A stretch of 63,456 nt of DNA, filler included, from Dirinaria sp. TL-2023a (Eukaryota), in NCBI GenBank assembly GCA_051941275.1. It is 12 parts of 12 records of this genome, joined end to end, with 100 filler letters (N's around TTAATTAATTAA, not from the genome) between each part and the next. Parts side by side here need not be neighbours in the genome. Positions count along the whole stretch, not along the records: positions 58,302 to 63,456 come from JAVEBF010001711.1; 11 more parts are not named here. One strand, given 5' to 3'. Positions 62,101 to 63,456 of this stretch are shown piece by piece. Position 1 is the stretch's first letter. Each line of letters starts with the position of its first letter. The notes below the pieces were generated by a model. The model saw only the letters and a list, made by a program, of their open reading frames with translations. It had not been told where the DNA came from and did no database searches. The position numbers were made by a program, and so were the translations under genes.

Positions 62101-63456
62101 CAAGGTTGTGTTCCAAACCTTCCAGTCGTTCCACTGGAGAAACGAGAAGATGACGAAAGGCTTAGCTTTGCCTGCCCGGTAGACATCGTGGATCCGCATG
62201 AATCTGCGCTTGTGAGTCTGTACTTTGAAGATGAAATGACCCGACCAGAAATGCACTTCTACCATCGATATTCTGGAGTTTTCGTAAGCTGCGGAGTGAT
62301 GAAAAGGCTGGATGAGCGACTCGTCCTCGACCGCATCAGAACTTACGAGAGAAAGCAGCTCCCGTTTGGTGTAGTAGCTTCTCGAGCCCAGAAACTCCTT
62401 CAATTGCCCCTGTGCACAGACATCTCACGGGCCGATGATTTCGCCCAGTCCGTTCGAAGTTGTGTGTGGTTGCCAGGTCGGAGTCCAGAAAGATCATCTT
62501 CTCTTACTGATTCTTTGGAATGTCGAGATAGCAACGACCAGCCATTTGTTGGTCGTGTGTGGTACACCCTACCATTCCAGGTGGAATCCAGCTGGAGATC
62601 GATATTAGGCTGGCAGGACCCCATCAAGGTCGATGTACTGATCTCTCAGCTCACCAGAAGCATAGAGAAGTCGGACATTCATGCTGTTGAGCATACGCTT
62701 TGCTACCTTGATCGACATTACGCGGTTGGGGATTACGTGGAACGCTTATTGGGGTTGAACTTTGTTTGGAGCAGCAATGGCTTGTTCATCAGCCCCGCTC
62801 AAGCGTCTCGAGAGGGCGCCGAAAGGCTGATGCCGTATCTTTACAACGTGGATCTGCGATTCTGGGATGACCACACTGGAATCTTGAGACACGCCAACGT
62901 CCCCGAAATGCCGGACCTCGGACGGCTGCATGATGTGCAAGAAGCTCTCGAATCGAAAGGCCCCCTGGATGACGCGGATCTTGACGTAGGCATCGAAGTT
63001 GCGCGCATATGGAGCTCTCAGTCTCACAAATCCCATGAAAACCTGAAAGTACCAGATGAGACAGGCTTGCTTGCGGACGTCGATAGCCTGGCGTTCAATG
63101 ATGCGCCTTGGGTGTCAGAGATGAAGTGTTCCTTAGCGCACCCGAAGCTTTCTCGAGCCATCGCGGACCGATTGGAAATGCAGCCTGTGAGTGACCTTTT
63201 GAAGAACAGTGACCTTGGTATATCAGACGTCGACGAGGACGAGTTCAATCAACGTGAGGAGGTCGCCGACGGGATCAGAGACACTTTGGATCGTTATACC
63301 AGGGAATCCACGTTTCATGAATATCTTGCGAATGCGGACGATTGCGGCTCCGCTTCTGCTGTCAACTTTTTGTTCGATGGTACGACTTATAGCACTGAAC
63401 GTTTGCTCACGACAGACTTGGAGGATCTTCAAGGGCCTGCTTTGTTGATTCACAAC
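59150..63456 (+). CDS. Sacsin-like protein with repeated HSP90-like (GHKL) ATPase modules, 3'-truncated
   Basis: YP..VLRELLQNADDAGA, QGPALLAYND..F.E.DF, TGKFGLGF..VYNWTD.P, GTIIRIPLR, GRLYSVLPLP..TGLPVHIHG. A second module, Q.E..IRDTL.RY..FHEYLANADD..LQGPALLIHN, starts at about 63240. The long 3' exon is absent from the ORF track, consistent with no stop before the window end. Confidence 0.9.

Overview
Eukaryotic DNA from a filamentous ascomycete (Pezizomycotina-type genes with GT-AG introns and CTRAC branch points). It is not one locus: 12 unrelated contigs of about 5.2 kb, in descending length (5237 down to 5155 bp), are joined by 11 artificial 100-bp N44-TTAATTAATTAA-N44 linkers. Gene neighbourhoods are therefore meaningful only within a contig. 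Housekeeping genes: LEU4, ECT1, RRP40 (3' end), ESA1, RFC3, GGPP synthase, a HAD phosphatase, an SGNH hydrolase, an MDR oxidoreductase, a metallophosphoesterase, a PTH11-like receptor, a three-repeat Myb factor and a sulfotransferase-like protein. The most interesting content is accessory or immunity-like: (i) a same-strand cassette of a caspase-like (DCC motif) protease, a 95-aa three-exon microprotein that the ORF track shows only in part, and a DUF6594 membrane protein; (ii) a hydrolase-NACHT-ankyrin NLR head-to-head with a DUF6601 membrane protein; (iii) a PARP-E2 (UBC) fusion; (iv) a sacsin-like multi-repeat ATPase; (v) scrambled tandem fragments of a DNMT5-type SNF2 gene. All family assignments come from recognising motifs by eye; no searches were run.
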